DNA of 64,000 nt from an uncultured Clostridia bacterium (GCA_947627545.1 CANQWK010000007.1:668-64667); one strand, 5' to 3'. Shown: positions 38,359 to 50,300, numbered from the stretch's first letter. Notes: generated by a model from the letters alone, not told the origin. A program made the numbers and translations.

Positions 38359-38559
38359 TAAAATTTCGACATTTTAACAAAATTTTACAATTTTTTTCGC
38401 TTTTTTAGTTTTTTTTAATTGTTATTAATCTTTTTTTATTTCATACAAATAATAAACTTTAAATTTGCCTTAAATTTAGAGTTTTTTATTTAATTTTTTT
38501 ATGCGAATTTTTAACAATTAACATTGTTGCAATGTTGTGGCTATTTATAAAGAATATTA

Positions 38560-38588
38560 TTGACTTTTGTCAATAAATGTAGTATTAT
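38560..38588 (+). promoter_or_regulatory. Promoter of the adhesin operon, with its -35 inside a perfect 8-bp inverted repeat
   Basis: TTGACT (38560-38565), 17-nt spacer, TATTAT (38583-38588). Inverted repeat ttattgac (38557-38564) / gtcaataa (38569-38576). Confidence 0.55.
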
Positions 38589-38721
38589 ACACATAATAAA
38601 AGAAAATTAGCTTTTAAGCTAAAAGCACAATTAAGTTAAATTTAGTTAATGTTTTAAAAAATTTAGACATTTTAAAACAAATGCAAGTAAGTTGCAATAA
38701 ATTTTTTTTGTAGGAGATAAT

Positions 38722-41700
38722 ATGAAAAAAAGAGTAATCGTTTCTATTATTATGTTACTATTGGTGTTAGTAGTTGCTGTGCCATCTGTTTATGCAGCAA
38801 CAAAATTTTCTGCACCAAGTAAATATGAAGTTGCTTTTTATAACGAGCAAGAATTGTTTTATAGTTACAAGGCAAAAAGGGGAGAACTTGTAGAATTTCC
38901 TAGCGACTACCCAGACAAACAACATGACAACGAATATTCATACAACTTTTTAGGTTGGGCAGTTGAAGGCACAACAGAAATTATTGATGTTTATACTGTT
39001 GTTGCCAATGTTAATTTTTGTGCAATTTACGAGGCTGAGCCAATTCCGCCTGCAACGGTTACCGTAACTTTTAAAGATGCACCTGAGTTTGGTGGAAAAG
39101 TTTTAGCAACAAAATCGGTTGAAATTGGCGGAACGGTGGAAGCACCTGAGCAACCATATCATTTAGGCTACATTTTTAGCGGCTGGAACAAAGAGTTAAC
39201 CAACATTCGCAGCAGAACAGAAATTGTTGCAGAATATAATAAAAAATCTTACAATTTTGTTAAAAATTATTTAGCGCAAACAACTAATGAAAATTTGCCA
39301 TATAAATCTAACATAAACTTGTCCAATCCAATTGAAGATGATGCACTAATTTTTGAAGGCTGGTTTTTAGATGAAAATTTTGAACACGAATTAACAAACA
39401 CATCTGTTTTAGATGAAACAGTTATTTTAGATGAAAATAATTTTACAATTGAAAAAGAAACCGAACAAATTTCAATCTATGCTAAATTTTCAATAAATGT
39501 ATCAAACCTTTCACTTCAAAAAACAGGAACATTAATTTATGGTGGCAACAATTTAATTTCAGTTGCAGGGCAGTTTAATAAAGAAGGAATTTCTTATTCT
39601 TACACTTGGCAAACTGACGAACAAAATGCGAATTTAAATGCAGCTAGCCTATCAGTAATAGACGCAGGCAAGCACAATGTTTCAGTTGAAATAAATGTTG
39701 AATATAAAGGGTTGCAGGCTCAAACCACACTTAACACAGAAATTGAAATTGAAAAAGCAACATTAACCGCAAATTTAACGGCAAATAATGTTGAATATGG
39801 CCAAAATGTAAATTTTGCATTAAACATTTCTGGCTTTAAATTTAGCGATGAACAAACCTTGCTACAAAAAATTAATGCCAATTTTAATTTAAACAGGTCA
39901 GATTTAAATAATAACATAACAACTTCAAACAAAGCAGGTTCAATTTCCAATTTACCTGTTGGCGAGTATGTGCTAAATGCAAACTTAACATATAATGAAG
40001 TCGATTTAAAAAATTACACTTTTGAAAACGAAAATTTAACTAAAAATGTTAATGTAAATAAAAAGGATTTAACAATATCATTTAAACAAGCAACAAAAAC
40101 AAATTATGTTTATGGCGAGCAACTTTCGTTTAATGAACAAGATTTAGAATTTAGCGGCTTTGTTTCAGGTGAAAGTGTAGAAAATTTAACTTCAAATTTG
40201 GTTTATGAAATTAAGCAAAACGGCGAAAATGTTATAAAATTTAATGCAGGTAGTTATACAGTTGATGTTAATAAAAATTCATATTCTTCAAACAATTACA
40301 ATATAATTTATCCGCAAAGTTTAAACATAACAGTTGCAGCAAAAGATATAACCATAACAATAAATGCAAGCAAATCTAACATAACTTATGGCGAAGAAAT
40401 TGAATTAACAAAATCTTACACAGAATTTGCTTATGCAGAGGACAAATCTGCCTTTGAAAGTTTAAATAGTTACACATTTAAAGATAGTGAACAACAAAGT
40501 TATAGTTTAATAAATCGTTTTGAATGCGGCTCATATTCTGTAGGTTTAAATATAGGAAACATAAACGAAAATGACACATTAAAAAATTATAATATTTCAG
40601 TTGAAGAAGCACAATTTAATGTGGGGAAAAGAGATTTAACAATATCATTTAAACAAGCAACAAAAACAAATTATGTTTATGGCGAGCAACCTTCGTTTAA
40701 TGAACAAGATTTAGAATTTAGCGGCTTTGTTTCAGGTGAAAGTGTAGAAAATTTAACTCAAAATTTTGGTTACGAAATTAAGCAAAACGGCGAAAATGTA
40801 ACAAAATTTAATGTGGGCAGTTATACAGTTGATGTTAATAAAAATTCATATTCTTCAAACAATTACAATATAATTTATCCGCAAAGTTTAAGCATAACAA
40901 TTGCAACAAAAGATATAACCATAACAATAAATTCAAGCAAATCTAACATAACTTATGGCGAAGAAATTGAATTTACAAAATCTTACACAGAATTTGCTTA
41001 TGCAGAGGACAAATCTGCCTTTGAAAGTTTAAATAATTACACATATTTTAAAGATAGCGAACAAAACAGTTACAATTTAACAACTAAATATTTTGATAAT
41101 GGCAAAATTTATGTTGGCTTAAATGTGAATAGCGAAAATGACATATTAAAAAATTACAAAATAACAATTAAAAAGGCCGAATTTAGCGTTCAAAAGCGTG
41201 AATTTAACATTAATTATGAAAAAATCATGAACAAAAACAGGTCGGCGGATTGGAGTTTAGTTCCTCAATTTGAGGGCGAAAATTTAGCATTATTCACTTT
41301 TGAAGGAACACTTAAAATAAACACAACTGAGCAATGTACAATTGAATGTGAAAATGCTAGTGAATTGCCACAATATTTATATTGGAATGGAAACGATTTT
41401 AAAATTACAATCAACGGCGGAAACGGCGAAGATGTTAAAGCAAATTTTGATATAAAATATAGTTTTAACATTGAATTATCTACATTTAATTTCCAATACA
41501 CACCATTAACAAATGTCAACATAGATTATGACGGCGAATCGCATAGTTATCCGCTTGGCGAAGTGCAAATTGCTGACCCTGAAATTGAAGCAGGCGAAAT
41601 AAAAGTTTATTATACATACGTAGTTAAATCAGGCAACGGCGAAAGCAATTTAAACAAAACTGAAACAGCACCATCGTTTGTAAATGCTGGCGTGTATGAA

Positions 41701-44700
41701 ATAAGTTATGAAATTACAGATGGCTACGAAACTGAAACGAAATCATTTACGCTAACAATAAACCAAGCGGAAAATGAATTGCAAAACATAGACGAAATTT
41801 TTACCGATTCGGCGGAAGAAACTGAGCCTAAAATTACAACCAAGCAAAATGAAACAGATGTAACCTATCAATTTACAGGCGAAGAGCATGAAATTAATTT
41901 GCAAAAAATTACCGCTTCGTTTGGTCAAAATGTAAAAATTGAATTGATATCTGCACCTAACAAAATTTTAAATTCTAAAATTAAACTTGCAGCGTTTGAA
42001 GATGTAGATTTATCGGCATTTAAATTTAGCAATGCAGGTGAATATGTATTTAAAATAACGGTTGCAGGAACAGGCAACTATACTGCAATTGAACACACAA
42101 TTAAAATTGTTGTGGAAAAAGCAAACTATGTAGTTAAAGCAGAAGGCATATCGGCAACTTATGACGGCTTAAACAAATTTAAGCAAATAGAAGTTACCGC
42201 AATAGCCGATGAAAAATTTAGTGTAAATTATGGTTTAACCGAGCCTAACTCAGAAACGCTAGAAATTATAAACGCTAGCGATTATACAGTTCATTTTAAA
42301 GTGTTTGGCAACAGCAATTTTAACGATTACACAGGCGAATTTAACATTAAAATTGAAAAATTTGCAATAACTCAACAAAATGTTGTTTTGGCAAATAATG
42401 AATATACCTTTAATGCTAAAAATCAGGGCGAAGGCGTTGAAATAATTAATGTTCCAGCTAGCCAAAATGTAAAAGTTTATTACGGCAACAGCGCTGAAAG
42501 TTGCAACAATTTAACCGCTCCAACTTACAGCAACGCAAATGCTTACACCGTGTTCTTTAAAGTTACAGGAGATGAAAATTACATTGAATTTAGTTCAAGT
42601 TACACAATTAACATTAAAAAATTTGAAATAACAAACCAAAACATTCAAATTCCTGAAAATGTTTTCACATTCAATAACAATTCGCAAGGCGAAGCGGTTG
42701 GCGTTATCAATTTGCCAGATGATGATTATATAATTAATTACACTTACACAGATACAACAGTGCAAACCAGCCAAACTGCACCAAAGTTTATAAATGCAGG
42801 CAGTTACAATGTTAATTTTGAAATAACAGGCAACAATTACACATTCTCGGCAGATAACAGCTACACAATTGTTATAAACAAGGCAAATTATTCGGCGGAC
42901 GCAGTGCCAGAAGCAACATTTAACCAAGATAAAAACATTATTTTAAAATTAGAAAAAGGCACAAAAATTTCTAATTATTTAACATTTAAAAATGAATTAA
43001 TAAATTGGAAAGAAGATTACACTTTGCAAGAAGGCTCAAAAACCTATTATGCAGTTTATAACCTAGATAGCAATAATTATAATGATTATGTTTATGAAAT
43101 AACCTTAACCGCAACTAAACAAACAGTTGAAGTTGATGAAGAAAGTTTATTAAAAACAATGGAAATAAATGTTGGCGAAACTGTTAGCCAAGGTATCAAC
43201 TTAAAAGATGTTAGTGGAACAGTTAAAAATGTTCAAAATTACTCGCAACAAGAACTTACTCACTTAGGCGAAACTATTAAAGTTAATTCAACCGGCATAA
43301 ACAATTCGGTTGGCGGAACTTATATTGTAGAATATACTTTTAAAATTGATAGTGAATATTTCAATTTAGCAAGCAATCAAAAAGTAACAGGCTATTGCAA
43401 AGTTAAATCGGTTAGCCTAGGCACAGATGTATTGTACACAATTGAAGATGCTTTAAACACCGCTGAAAACGGAACAATTACCCTTAAAGCAGACACTAAA
43501 TTTATGAGCAATGAAGATAAGCAAACCCTTAACGATGCAAACATAAATTTATATCAAGGCGAAGGCTATTACACAATAAAATCTGGCGTAAATTTGTTCT
43601 TGCCTTATAATCAAGGCAAAACAACGGTAAACGAAATGGATAGAAACTTTAGGTTGGCTATTGAAACAAAATCTGTTCAGTTAAAGAAGTTAGAATTAAC
43701 AATTCCTGCCGATATAACATTAACAAATAAAGGAACAATTCAAATTGGCGGAATAACAACAGGTGGAAACGGCGGCAAGTCTTATGCCGGACAAACAAGC
43801 AGCGATTATGCTCAAATTACATTAGGCAACAATGCCAAAATTGATAGTTATGGAAACATAGAATGCTACGGCTTTATTGTTGAAGAAAGTAACAATAATA
43901 ATTCTCAGGTTATAATGAACAGCGGCAATTTAACCATGCCATTTGTTGTGGTTGAACATAGAGGAGGCACCAATTTTAAAGACCTTGCTGGTGGATTTTT
44001 GGGGGCTCTTATGGGAAGTTTTAAAGGCGCTCCATTTAACCGATTCTTTATGCAAAACGTTATTGCAAAATTAACAATAAAATCAACTGCAACATTGTTA
44101 GGGCATGCTAACCTTTATGCAGGCGGCCAAGATAATACAACTAATATAAAACTTATAGGTTCAGCAAAAGATTGTTTAATTCAATTAAATGCAAATGCAA
44201 GGGTAGAAACTTATTATCATAACCCTGGCAGAAATATAGATTTAAACATTTTTGGCAATGCAACCATCAATGCGCTATCTTTATCAGTTTCAGGTGCTAA
44301 CATTTCAACAAAAAAAGTTTTGTTCCCAATAACTTGGTATTATAACATTAACTTATACACATTAGAAGGCGAAAGCAGTTCTACAATTAATTCAACAGGC
44401 ATTGAGGGTATAAAATTAATGCCAGGTGCAGCATTAACAATAAATAAAGGGGTAACGCTAAATGTTAAAAAGTTAGCAGTTTACGATAAATTCTCAGGTG
44501 ATAGCCTTGCAAACCCTACTCATTATGAAAATGAAAACACCACTCCTGCAAAATTGGTGGTTAATGGTACATTAGTTGCAGATGCAGTTGGCGGAGAAAT
44601 ATTAGCAGGAGAAACTGGCAATTTGCAAATTAAAGGAAATTCAGTAACTTCTTACGAGGTGGCAGATAGTGCTAAATATGTTGAATTTAAATTTACTTTG

Positions 44701-44778
44701 CAATTAAAAACTGCAACAGGAACAGTTAGCGATGCTGGAAATTATATTGCCGAAAATGGAGTTTGGAGAAAAGAGTAA
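38722..44778 (+). CDS. Giant surface adhesin-like protein (2018 aa): signal peptide, Listeria-Bacteroides (Flg_new) repeats, MBG/YDG-type repeats, C-terminal beta-helix-like domain
   Basis: Signal peptide ending VYA-A. YSYNFLGW / GYIFSGW / IFEGWF repeat signatures. Multiple K(K/R)DLTI...Y(V)YGE...GFV.GE....L MBG-like units. G-rich C-terminus (GGITTGGNGGKSYAG). I saw no LPXTG or other anchor. Confidence 0.8.
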   Translation: MKKRVIVSIIMLLLVLVVAVPSVYAATKFSAPSKYEVAFYNEQELFYSYKAKRGELVEFPSDYPDKQHDNEYSYNFLGWAVEGTTEIIDVYTVVANVNFCAIYEAEPIPPATVTVTFKDAPEFGGKVLATKSVEIGGTVEAPEQPYHLGYIFSGWNKELTNIRSRTEIVAEYNKKSYNFVKNYLAQTTNENLPYKSNINLSNPIEDDALIFEGWFLDENFEHELTNTSVLDETVILDENNFTIEKETEQISIYAKFSINVSNLSLQKTGTLIYGGNNLISVAGQFNKEGISYSYTWQTDEQNANLNAASLSVIDAGKHNVSVEINVEYKGLQAQTTLNTEIEIEKATLTANLTANNVEYGQNVNFALNISGFKFSDEQTLLQKINANFNLNRSDLNNNITTSNKAGSISNLPVGEYVLNANLTYNEVDLKNYTFENENLTKNVNVNKKDLTISFKQATKTNYVYGEQLSFNEQDLEFSGFVSGESVENLTSNLVYEIKQNGENVIKFNAGSYTVDVNKNSYSSNNYNIIYPQSLNITVAAKDITITINASKSNITYGEEIELTKSYTEFAYAEDKSAFESLNSYTFKDSEQQSYSLINRFECGSYSVGLNIGNINENDTLKNYNISVEEAQFNVGKRDLTISFKQATKTNYVYGEQPSFNEQDLEFSGFVSGESVENLTQNFGYEIKQNGENVTKFNVGSYTVDVNKNSYSSNNYNIIYPQSLSITIATKDITITINSSKSNITYGEEIEFTKSYTEFAYAEDKSAFESLNNYTYFKDSEQNSYNLTTKYFDNGKIYVGLNVNSENDILKNYKITIKKAEFSVQKREFNINYEKIMNKNRSADWSLVPQFEGENLALFTFEGTLKINTTEQCTIECENASELPQYLYWNGNDFKITINGGNGEDVKANFDIKYSFNIELSTFNFQYTPLTNVNIDYDGESHSYPLGEVQIADPEIEAGEIKVYYTYVVKSGNGESNLNKTETAPSFVNAGVYEISYEITDGYETETKSFTLTINQAENELQNIDEIFTDSAEETEPKITTKQNETDVTYQFTGEEHEINLQKITASFGQNVKIELISAPNKILNSKIKLAAFEDVDLSAFKFSNAGEYVFKITVAGTGNYTAIEHTIKIVVEKANYVVKAEGISATYDGLNKFKQIEVTAIADEKFSVNYGLTEPNSETLEIINASDYTVHFKVFGNSNFNDYTGEFNIKIEKFAITQQNVVLANNEYTFNAKNQGEGVEIINVPASQNVKVYYGNSAESCNNLTAPTYSNANAYTVFFKVTGDENYIEFSSSYTINIKKFEITNQNIQIPENVFTFNNNSQGEAVGVINLPDDDYIINYTYTDTTVQTSQTAPKFINAGSYNVNFEITGNNYTFSADNSYTIVINKANYSADAVPEATFNQDKNIILKLEKGTKISNYLTFKNELINWKEDYTLQEGSKTYYAVYNLDSNNYNDYVYEITLTATKQTVEVDEESLLKTMEINVGETVSQGINLKDVSGTVKNVQNYSQQELTHLGETIKVNSTGINNSVGGTYIVEYTFKIDSEYFNLASNQKVTGYCKVKSVSLGTDVLYTIEDALNTAENGTITLKADTKFMSNEDKQTLNDANINLYQGEGYYTIKSGVNLFLPYNQGKTTVNEMDRNFRLAIETKSVQLKKLELTIPADITLTNKGTIQIGGITTGGNGGKSYAGQTSSDYAQITLGNNAKIDSYGNIECYGFIVEESNNNNSQVIMNSGNLTMPFVVVEHRGGTNFKDLAGGFLGALMGSFKGAPFNRFFMQNVIAKLTIKSTATLLGHANLYAGGQDNTTNIKLIGSAKDCLIQLNANARVETYYHNPGRNIDLNIFGNATINALSLSVSGANISTKKVLFPITWYYNINLYTLEGESSSTINSTGIEGIKLMPGAALTINKGVTLNVKKLAVYDKFSGDSLANPTHYENENTTPAKLVVNGTLVADAVGGEILAGETGNLQIKGNSVTSYEVADSAKYVEFKFTLQLKTATGTVSDAGNYIAENGVWRKE
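40066..41200 (+). repeat. Tandem 567-bp (189-codon) in-frame duplication inside the adhesin gene
   Basis: Copy 1 starts at gatttaacaatatcatttaaacaagc (40066) and copy 2 at 40633. By eye there are about 20 substitutions over the first ~430 aligned bp, and the last ~130 bp diverge more. Confidence 0.85.
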
Positions 44779-44827
44779 AATTTTATAGTTTGCAAAAACT
44801 AAAACTAAAAAACATAAAGGAAAAATT

Positions 44828-45655
44828 ATGAGTAAAAAACACAAAAAGGGCAAGGCGGAGCAAACCTCCGCCAATGCACCAAAAAATTTAAACGACAATA
44901 AAGCAGAAAATTTAACAGATAATGCAAAAATTGTTGTAAAAATTGAAAATTTAAGCAAAAAATATTCAAAAAAAGCAGATTTTGCAATTAGCAATGTTAG
45001 TTTTTGCTGCAAAGAGGGTGAAATTTTAGGTTTGCTTGGACATAACGGAGCAGGCAAATCTACCACCATAAAATGCCTTGAAGGTATGCTTCCGTTTGAA
45101 AGTGGCTCAATTTCAATTTGTGGGTTTGATATAAAAAAACAACCAATACAAGCAAAAATTAACATGGGCTTTGTTACAGATAATCACGCCGTTTTTGTTA
45201 AAATGACTGGCATTCAATATATATCCTTTATGGCAGATGTTTATAAAGTTCCAAGCAAGGTTAGGCAAACTAGGCTTGCCGAATTGGAAAAAATATTTAA
45301 TTTAGGCGATGCAATTTATAATTTAATTTCTTCTTATTCTCACGGAATGCGTCAAAAAATATGCATGATGGCTTCACTAATTCATCAGCCAAAATTGTGG
45401 ATTTTAGATGAACCTATGACAGGGTTAGACCCAACCACCATGCACGCTGTGCAAAATTATATGAAAGAATATGCTTCAAAAGGCAATGCTATTATATTTT
45501 CTTCTCATTCATTAAACACGGTGGAAAATGTATGCGATAGAGTGGTTGTTATTCGCAAAGGGAAACAAATAGACACTTTAAATTTAAACGAAATTAAGAA
45601 AAACAATCCTGATTTTAACTTTGAGGAATATTTTTTAAAAAATGGAAAAAATTGA
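44828..45655 (+). CDS. ABC transporter ATP-binding protein with a Lys-rich N-terminal extension
   Basis: Walker A GHNGAGKST, signature SHGMRQK, Walker B LWILDEP; a ~35-aa K/N-rich leader precedes the NBD. Confidence 0.88.
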   Translation: MSKKHKKGKAEQTSANAPKNLNDNKAENLTDNAKIVVKIENLSKKYSKKADFAISNVSFCCKEGEILGLLGHNGAGKSTTIKCLEGMLPFESGSISICGFDIKKQPIQAKINMGFVTDNHAVFVKMTGIQYISFMADVYKVPSKVRQTRLAELEKIFNLGDAIYNLISSYSHGMRQKICMMASLIHQPKLWILDEPMTGLDPTTMHAVQNYMKEYASKGNAIIFSSHSLNTVENVCDRVVVIRKGKQIDTLNLNEIKKNNPDFNFEEYFLKNGKN

Positions 45656-47309
45656 TTTATCGCTTGTAAAAGCATTAATTAAAAAACAATGGCAAGAACG
45701 CATTTCAGCCTTTAAAAAAGGCAATTTTGATGTGATTGGTTTTTTGTTGCGGCTGGTTTTAATTGGCGTTTTTATTGCAGTTTTTGTTGTGTTTTTTGGC
45801 AAGTTTTTTGATATATATTTATCAATTAAATTAAATGGCCAAGTTGACCCATTAAAGCGTGCGTTTGAACTGCTTAGTATATGTTATTCGGCAATTTTAA
45901 TTTTTATAACAATTGCAGGCATTGGGCATATTAATCGCTCTATTTTTGAGGGGGAAGATTTAAACCTTTTTGCCGCAATGCCTATTAATGCAAACACGTT
46001 GTTTGTATCTAAAATTATGTCAATATACATAAGCCAACTTTTGTTTGCTTTGGTTACAATAATCCCTGTTAATTTAACAATTGGCATTCATGTTGGGTTT
46101 GGCTTTGGCTTTTACACTTTAACCGCTTTAATGTGTTTGCTTTTGCCAATAATTTCTATTGCTTTTGCCGCAATTTTAGTGTTGCCTTATAGATATATTA
46201 AAAAATTGTTAAAGCCATATTTTATTGTTAATTTTATTTTAATAACCGTTATAACTGCGGCACTTTTCTATTTATATTTCATTTTAATAAACGGAATTAA
46301 AGAGTTGTTGCTTGGAGATAGTTTAAAATATTTCTTTGACCAAAACATTATGACAAAAATAAACATAATTGCAACTTACATTTATCCTAGCAGTTGGCTG
46401 GCGAATATTCTTGTGCATAAAAGCATGGTTAGTTTTGTTTGCGTTTTGTTGTTGCTTGTGTTATGTTTTGCTATTGCTATGCTTACAATTAAAAGAATTT
46501 TAACTTGGGTGTTGCAAGCACGCGTTTCAGGCAACCAAAACTTTAAAATGAAAAAACGTAAAATTGGCAAAAAATCTAATGTATTTTTTAGCCTTATTAA
46601 AAAAGAATTTTTACAAATTTTCCGCACTCCTAGTTATGCGTTTTCGTACTTTTCGGTTGCGGTTATTGTGCCTATAATGGTTTACTTTTGCATGTCTATT
46701 GGCAGTTCGCTTATTGTAAAACTTGTTGGCATTAATGCAAATAAAGAACTTGCTATATTTTTAACCTTGCTGTTCAGTTCGCTTTCTAACGTGTTCTGTG
46801 CAACAAACATTAGCAGGGAAGGGCAAAACTTTTATTGCATTAAAGCCATGCCTATAAAACCTTACACCTTTATATTTTCAAAAGTTGTTTTGTGCTTAAT
46901 TGTTGCAACCTTCTCGCAAATTTTGTCGGCTGTTGTGTTGGTGGCTTCTGGCTTTGTTGGTGGCTGGGTTGCTTTGTTTGTGTTTGCAGTTGGCTTGCTG
47001 TTTAGTTTTGCTCAAATTTGTGTTGCCACTAATTATGACTTTAAACACGCAAAATTTCCAGCCGATGAAGATTGCCTTTTTTACGAAAGTTCAAACACAT
47101 CTAGCCTAATTGTTGTGCTAGGGCTTATGTTTAGCATGATTATTGGCGGCGGAGTGTTAGCGGTTAAATTGGTGTTATCTTTAAGGGGATTTGTTCATCC
47201 TAATTTAACTTTTGTGTTTGTTGGAAGTGTGGCGATTTTGTTTGCTATGGTAAGTTTTATTTATTTAATTGCAAATTTAAACAAAAGATATTATAAATTT
47301 GCTTTATAG
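45642..47309 (+). CDS. Large ABC exporter permease-like polytopic membrane protein (555 aa)
   Basis: About 12 hydrophobic helices in two halves separated by a basic loop (KMKKRKIGKKSN). Its ATG overlaps the ATPase gene by 14 nt, which suggests translational coupling. Confidence 0.65.
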   Translation: MEKIDLSLVKALIKKQWQERISAFKKGNFDVIGFLLRLVLIGVFIAVFVVFFGKFFDIYLSIKLNGQVDPLKRAFELLSICYSAILIFITIAGIGHINRSIFEGEDLNLFAAMPINANTLFVSKIMSIYISQLLFALVTIIPVNLTIGIHVGFGFGFYTLTALMCLLLPIISIAFAAILVLPYRYIKKLLKPYFIVNFILITVITAALFYLYFILINGIKELLLGDSLKYFFDQNIMTKINIIATYIYPSSWLANILVHKSMVSFVCVLLLLVLCFAIAMLTIKRILTWVLQARVSGNQNFKMKKRKIGKKSNVFFSLIKKEFLQIFRTPSYAFSYFSVAVIVPIMVYFCMSIGSSLIVKLVGINANKELAIFLTLLFSSLSNVFCATNISREGQNFYCIKAMPIKPYTFIFSKVVLCLIVATFSQILSAVVLVASGFVGGWVALFVFAVGLLFSFAQICVATNYDFKHAKFPADEDCLFYESSNTSSLIVVLGLMFSMIIGGGVLAVKLVLSLRGFVHPNLTFVFVGSVAILFAMVSFIYLIANLNKRYYKFAL

Positions 47310-47318
47310 GAGGTTTAT

Positions 47319-50300
47319 ATGAGAAAAAATGTTATTGCCCTTATGTTAATTTTGCCAATTCTGTTGGTGTTTGTTTTGTTTTCGTCTGGGCAAGTTGCTA
47401 GTTTGGGAGTGGTAATCTCTGCAAACGGAATTGAAATTTTGCAAAAGTTTGAAAATGATACTCTTTATTTGGACCTTGCAAAATATAAAAACGATTTTTC
47501 AATTAATGCTCAAGTAAAACCTCAAAATGCAAGCAATAAAAAATATACTTTTTCAGTTGGCCAAATTGAAGGAAGCGACTTTGCCGATGTTAGCGTTAAA
47601 GATGGTCAAATTATAGCCAATTCTCCTGGCATGGCTAAGTTAACTGCAATTAGTAACGATGGCGGCTACACCGACAGCATAACCGTTATTATAGGCAGTT
47701 CAAAGCCGGTTGATGTAGAATTTACTTTAATTTCACAAACAGGGGAACAACAAAATTTATTACAAAGTTCAAATGGGCTTGACGGAACAATAAATTCAGG
47801 CAAATATTCATATATATCAAAAGTTATTCCAAACGGATTTGAAAATGCACAACTAGAAGTTGAAGAAGGCTTTGCAATTATAAATGAAAACGAAAAAACA
47901 ATTTTATTTCCTTTTAGCGGCGAGGTTAAATTAAAACTTACATTAGAAGAAGCACTAAACGGAAAATTAGAAAAAATAATAGACTTAAATGTTCAAAAGC
48001 AACAAACTTCTTCTAATTTTACAATAAATGGAGCTGGTGCAACGGTAATAGGTTTAGAAATTCAACAAACAAGTGCAAGCTTTTATATAGAAGCAGCTGA
48101 AAAGCCAGAAATTGTTTTGTCGGAAGATTTGGTTAATGCAGAAATTGAAACAATAAAAGAAAATTGTTATCTTGCAAAAATTAATTTTAATGCAAATCAC
48201 AATTCAAGCCGTGTAAATGTAAACATTGTTGTTGGCGAAGAGCAAGAAGAAATTATATTTTCATTTATGCCGTTCGACTTTATTGTAAAAAATGAATTGC
48301 CTGTTTTTGATTATGATAATGTGGCAATTACAAAGGGCAAACCTGTAAAATTTTATGCTAGCCCTATAGTTGAAAAACCGGGCGTAACATACAAATGGTG
48401 GGTTAACGAAGAAAAACAAAATACCGTAAATTTGGTTATCAACGAACAAACCAACATCTGCTCGCTAACAGCCAACGAATTAGGCAATTTTAAATTATAT
48501 GTTCAAGCGTTTTATAACAACGTGGAAATGGACGTGTTTATTGTTGAAATTAACATAAATGTGGTGGAACAATTTAACAACGTTCAAATTACAAACAAAA
48601 CCGATGTGGGTTTGGCGGCTCGCACTGTGGTTGCAGGTTTAAAGGCAGACGATAACGGCAGCATAAGTGCAAATAATTATGAAATTAAAATTTTAGCGTA
48701 CAATCAAGGGGAAACATCAAACGATTTGTCCTCTTTTGAAATAAAGGTAAACAACCCAAGTTTGGCAGAAATTAATGTTGAAAATAATGCGGTTTATTTA
48801 ACTCCAAAGGGGGCAGGCGAGGTAGTTGTTAGCGTGGCTTGGTTAGGTAATGATTCTTACAACACCAATGTTAAAACAATGCTTACAATTGGCGTGGACG
48901 CCTCGGCAGTTGAAGTTTCAACAAGCAAACAACTTTTTGCTCAAACAAAAGCAGGAAAAGCAGTTGTTTTGGCAGTAGACATAATGCTAGATGCCGAAAA
49001 TAATAATTATGAAGCTATGCTAGGCACAATGCAATCTACATATAACACCGACTATTACAAACAATTAGGCATAATAGACCAAGCAAAAGTTAAATTTGTT
49101 ATGGAATTTAAAAACAATGTTTACGGAAACGGACATTTTATAAACGCGGAAAACTTTACAAATAGGCAAGATGCATCAGGTAAACCACTTTTATATAAAG
49201 GGCCATTATGCTTTGTTAAGGCAGGCGAACTAGCTTCGGTTGCAGGGCAAGATAACATAGCATTTTTAATGAGAACAAACGGCGTTACTTTATACAATGT
49301 AAAATTGTTAGGTTGTAATGATGAAAGTTTAATAGATGCAAATGGCTATAACCTTTCAAAGTTAGATAATGTAGGAACAACTCTTGACATAAATGCTAGC
49401 GTAAATGTTATAAATTGCCGCATTCAAAACGGAAGAAACGTCATTAGAGTTTATGGCGGAAACAAACAGGGAGATAATTATTTTGTTGATAGTTTAAATC
49501 AGTTATCAACTTGCGAAAATGAGCGTATAAATGTAAACATAAAAGGTTGCCGAATTTCACAAGGAAGGGAATTTTTGCTAAAGATTGGTGCAAACAAAGC
49601 ATTGCGTGCAACAAACGAAGCTGAGCCAGATTTATTAAATGAAAACGGAGAACCATATTCAAACCAAACAAACAATTATTTAAACGATGAATATTTTTAC
49701 AATCATTATGTTTTAACCGATGTAAATTTGCAAGATAGCGTTTTAGAAACTAGCGGATTGTTCTCGGTTGGCATAGAAAGTAATTTTGCCGGAATGTTTT
49801 TGTACAACGAAAATTTTGGCGATTTCACAAAAGGGTGGAATGGTACAGGCGGAACATCGTTTGCATCGGTTCTGCACCTAATTGGCGATGTAAGATTATA
49901 TGATTGGAAAGAACTAAAAAATGTAGATAGCAGCACATTAATTCAATCAGATAGCGCTAATCCACTTTTAAAATTAGATATTGCTCAAATGCTAAATTGC
50001 GTAAGGCAACAAGATATGGCCAATTTTGGAGATATTTTGTTAGAAGTAAAAGAAAACGAAAACAAAGTTTATGTGCATGGCGGAATTGCATTTTATGGTG
50101 GCGGAAAAAATTTAGCCCAATTAGATATGAGTTTGCTAAAAGAAAATTTAAAAGATTTAAAACAATACAATGTAAATATCAGCGTGCTAAAAAATGCCGA
50201 AGATACAAACTTGCAAAATCAGGGTAACATTCTTCCATTGGCAGCTGGTCAACAAGATTTTAGATTTTTCCTTTATAGTGCAAATAGCGGCAATAGTTTA

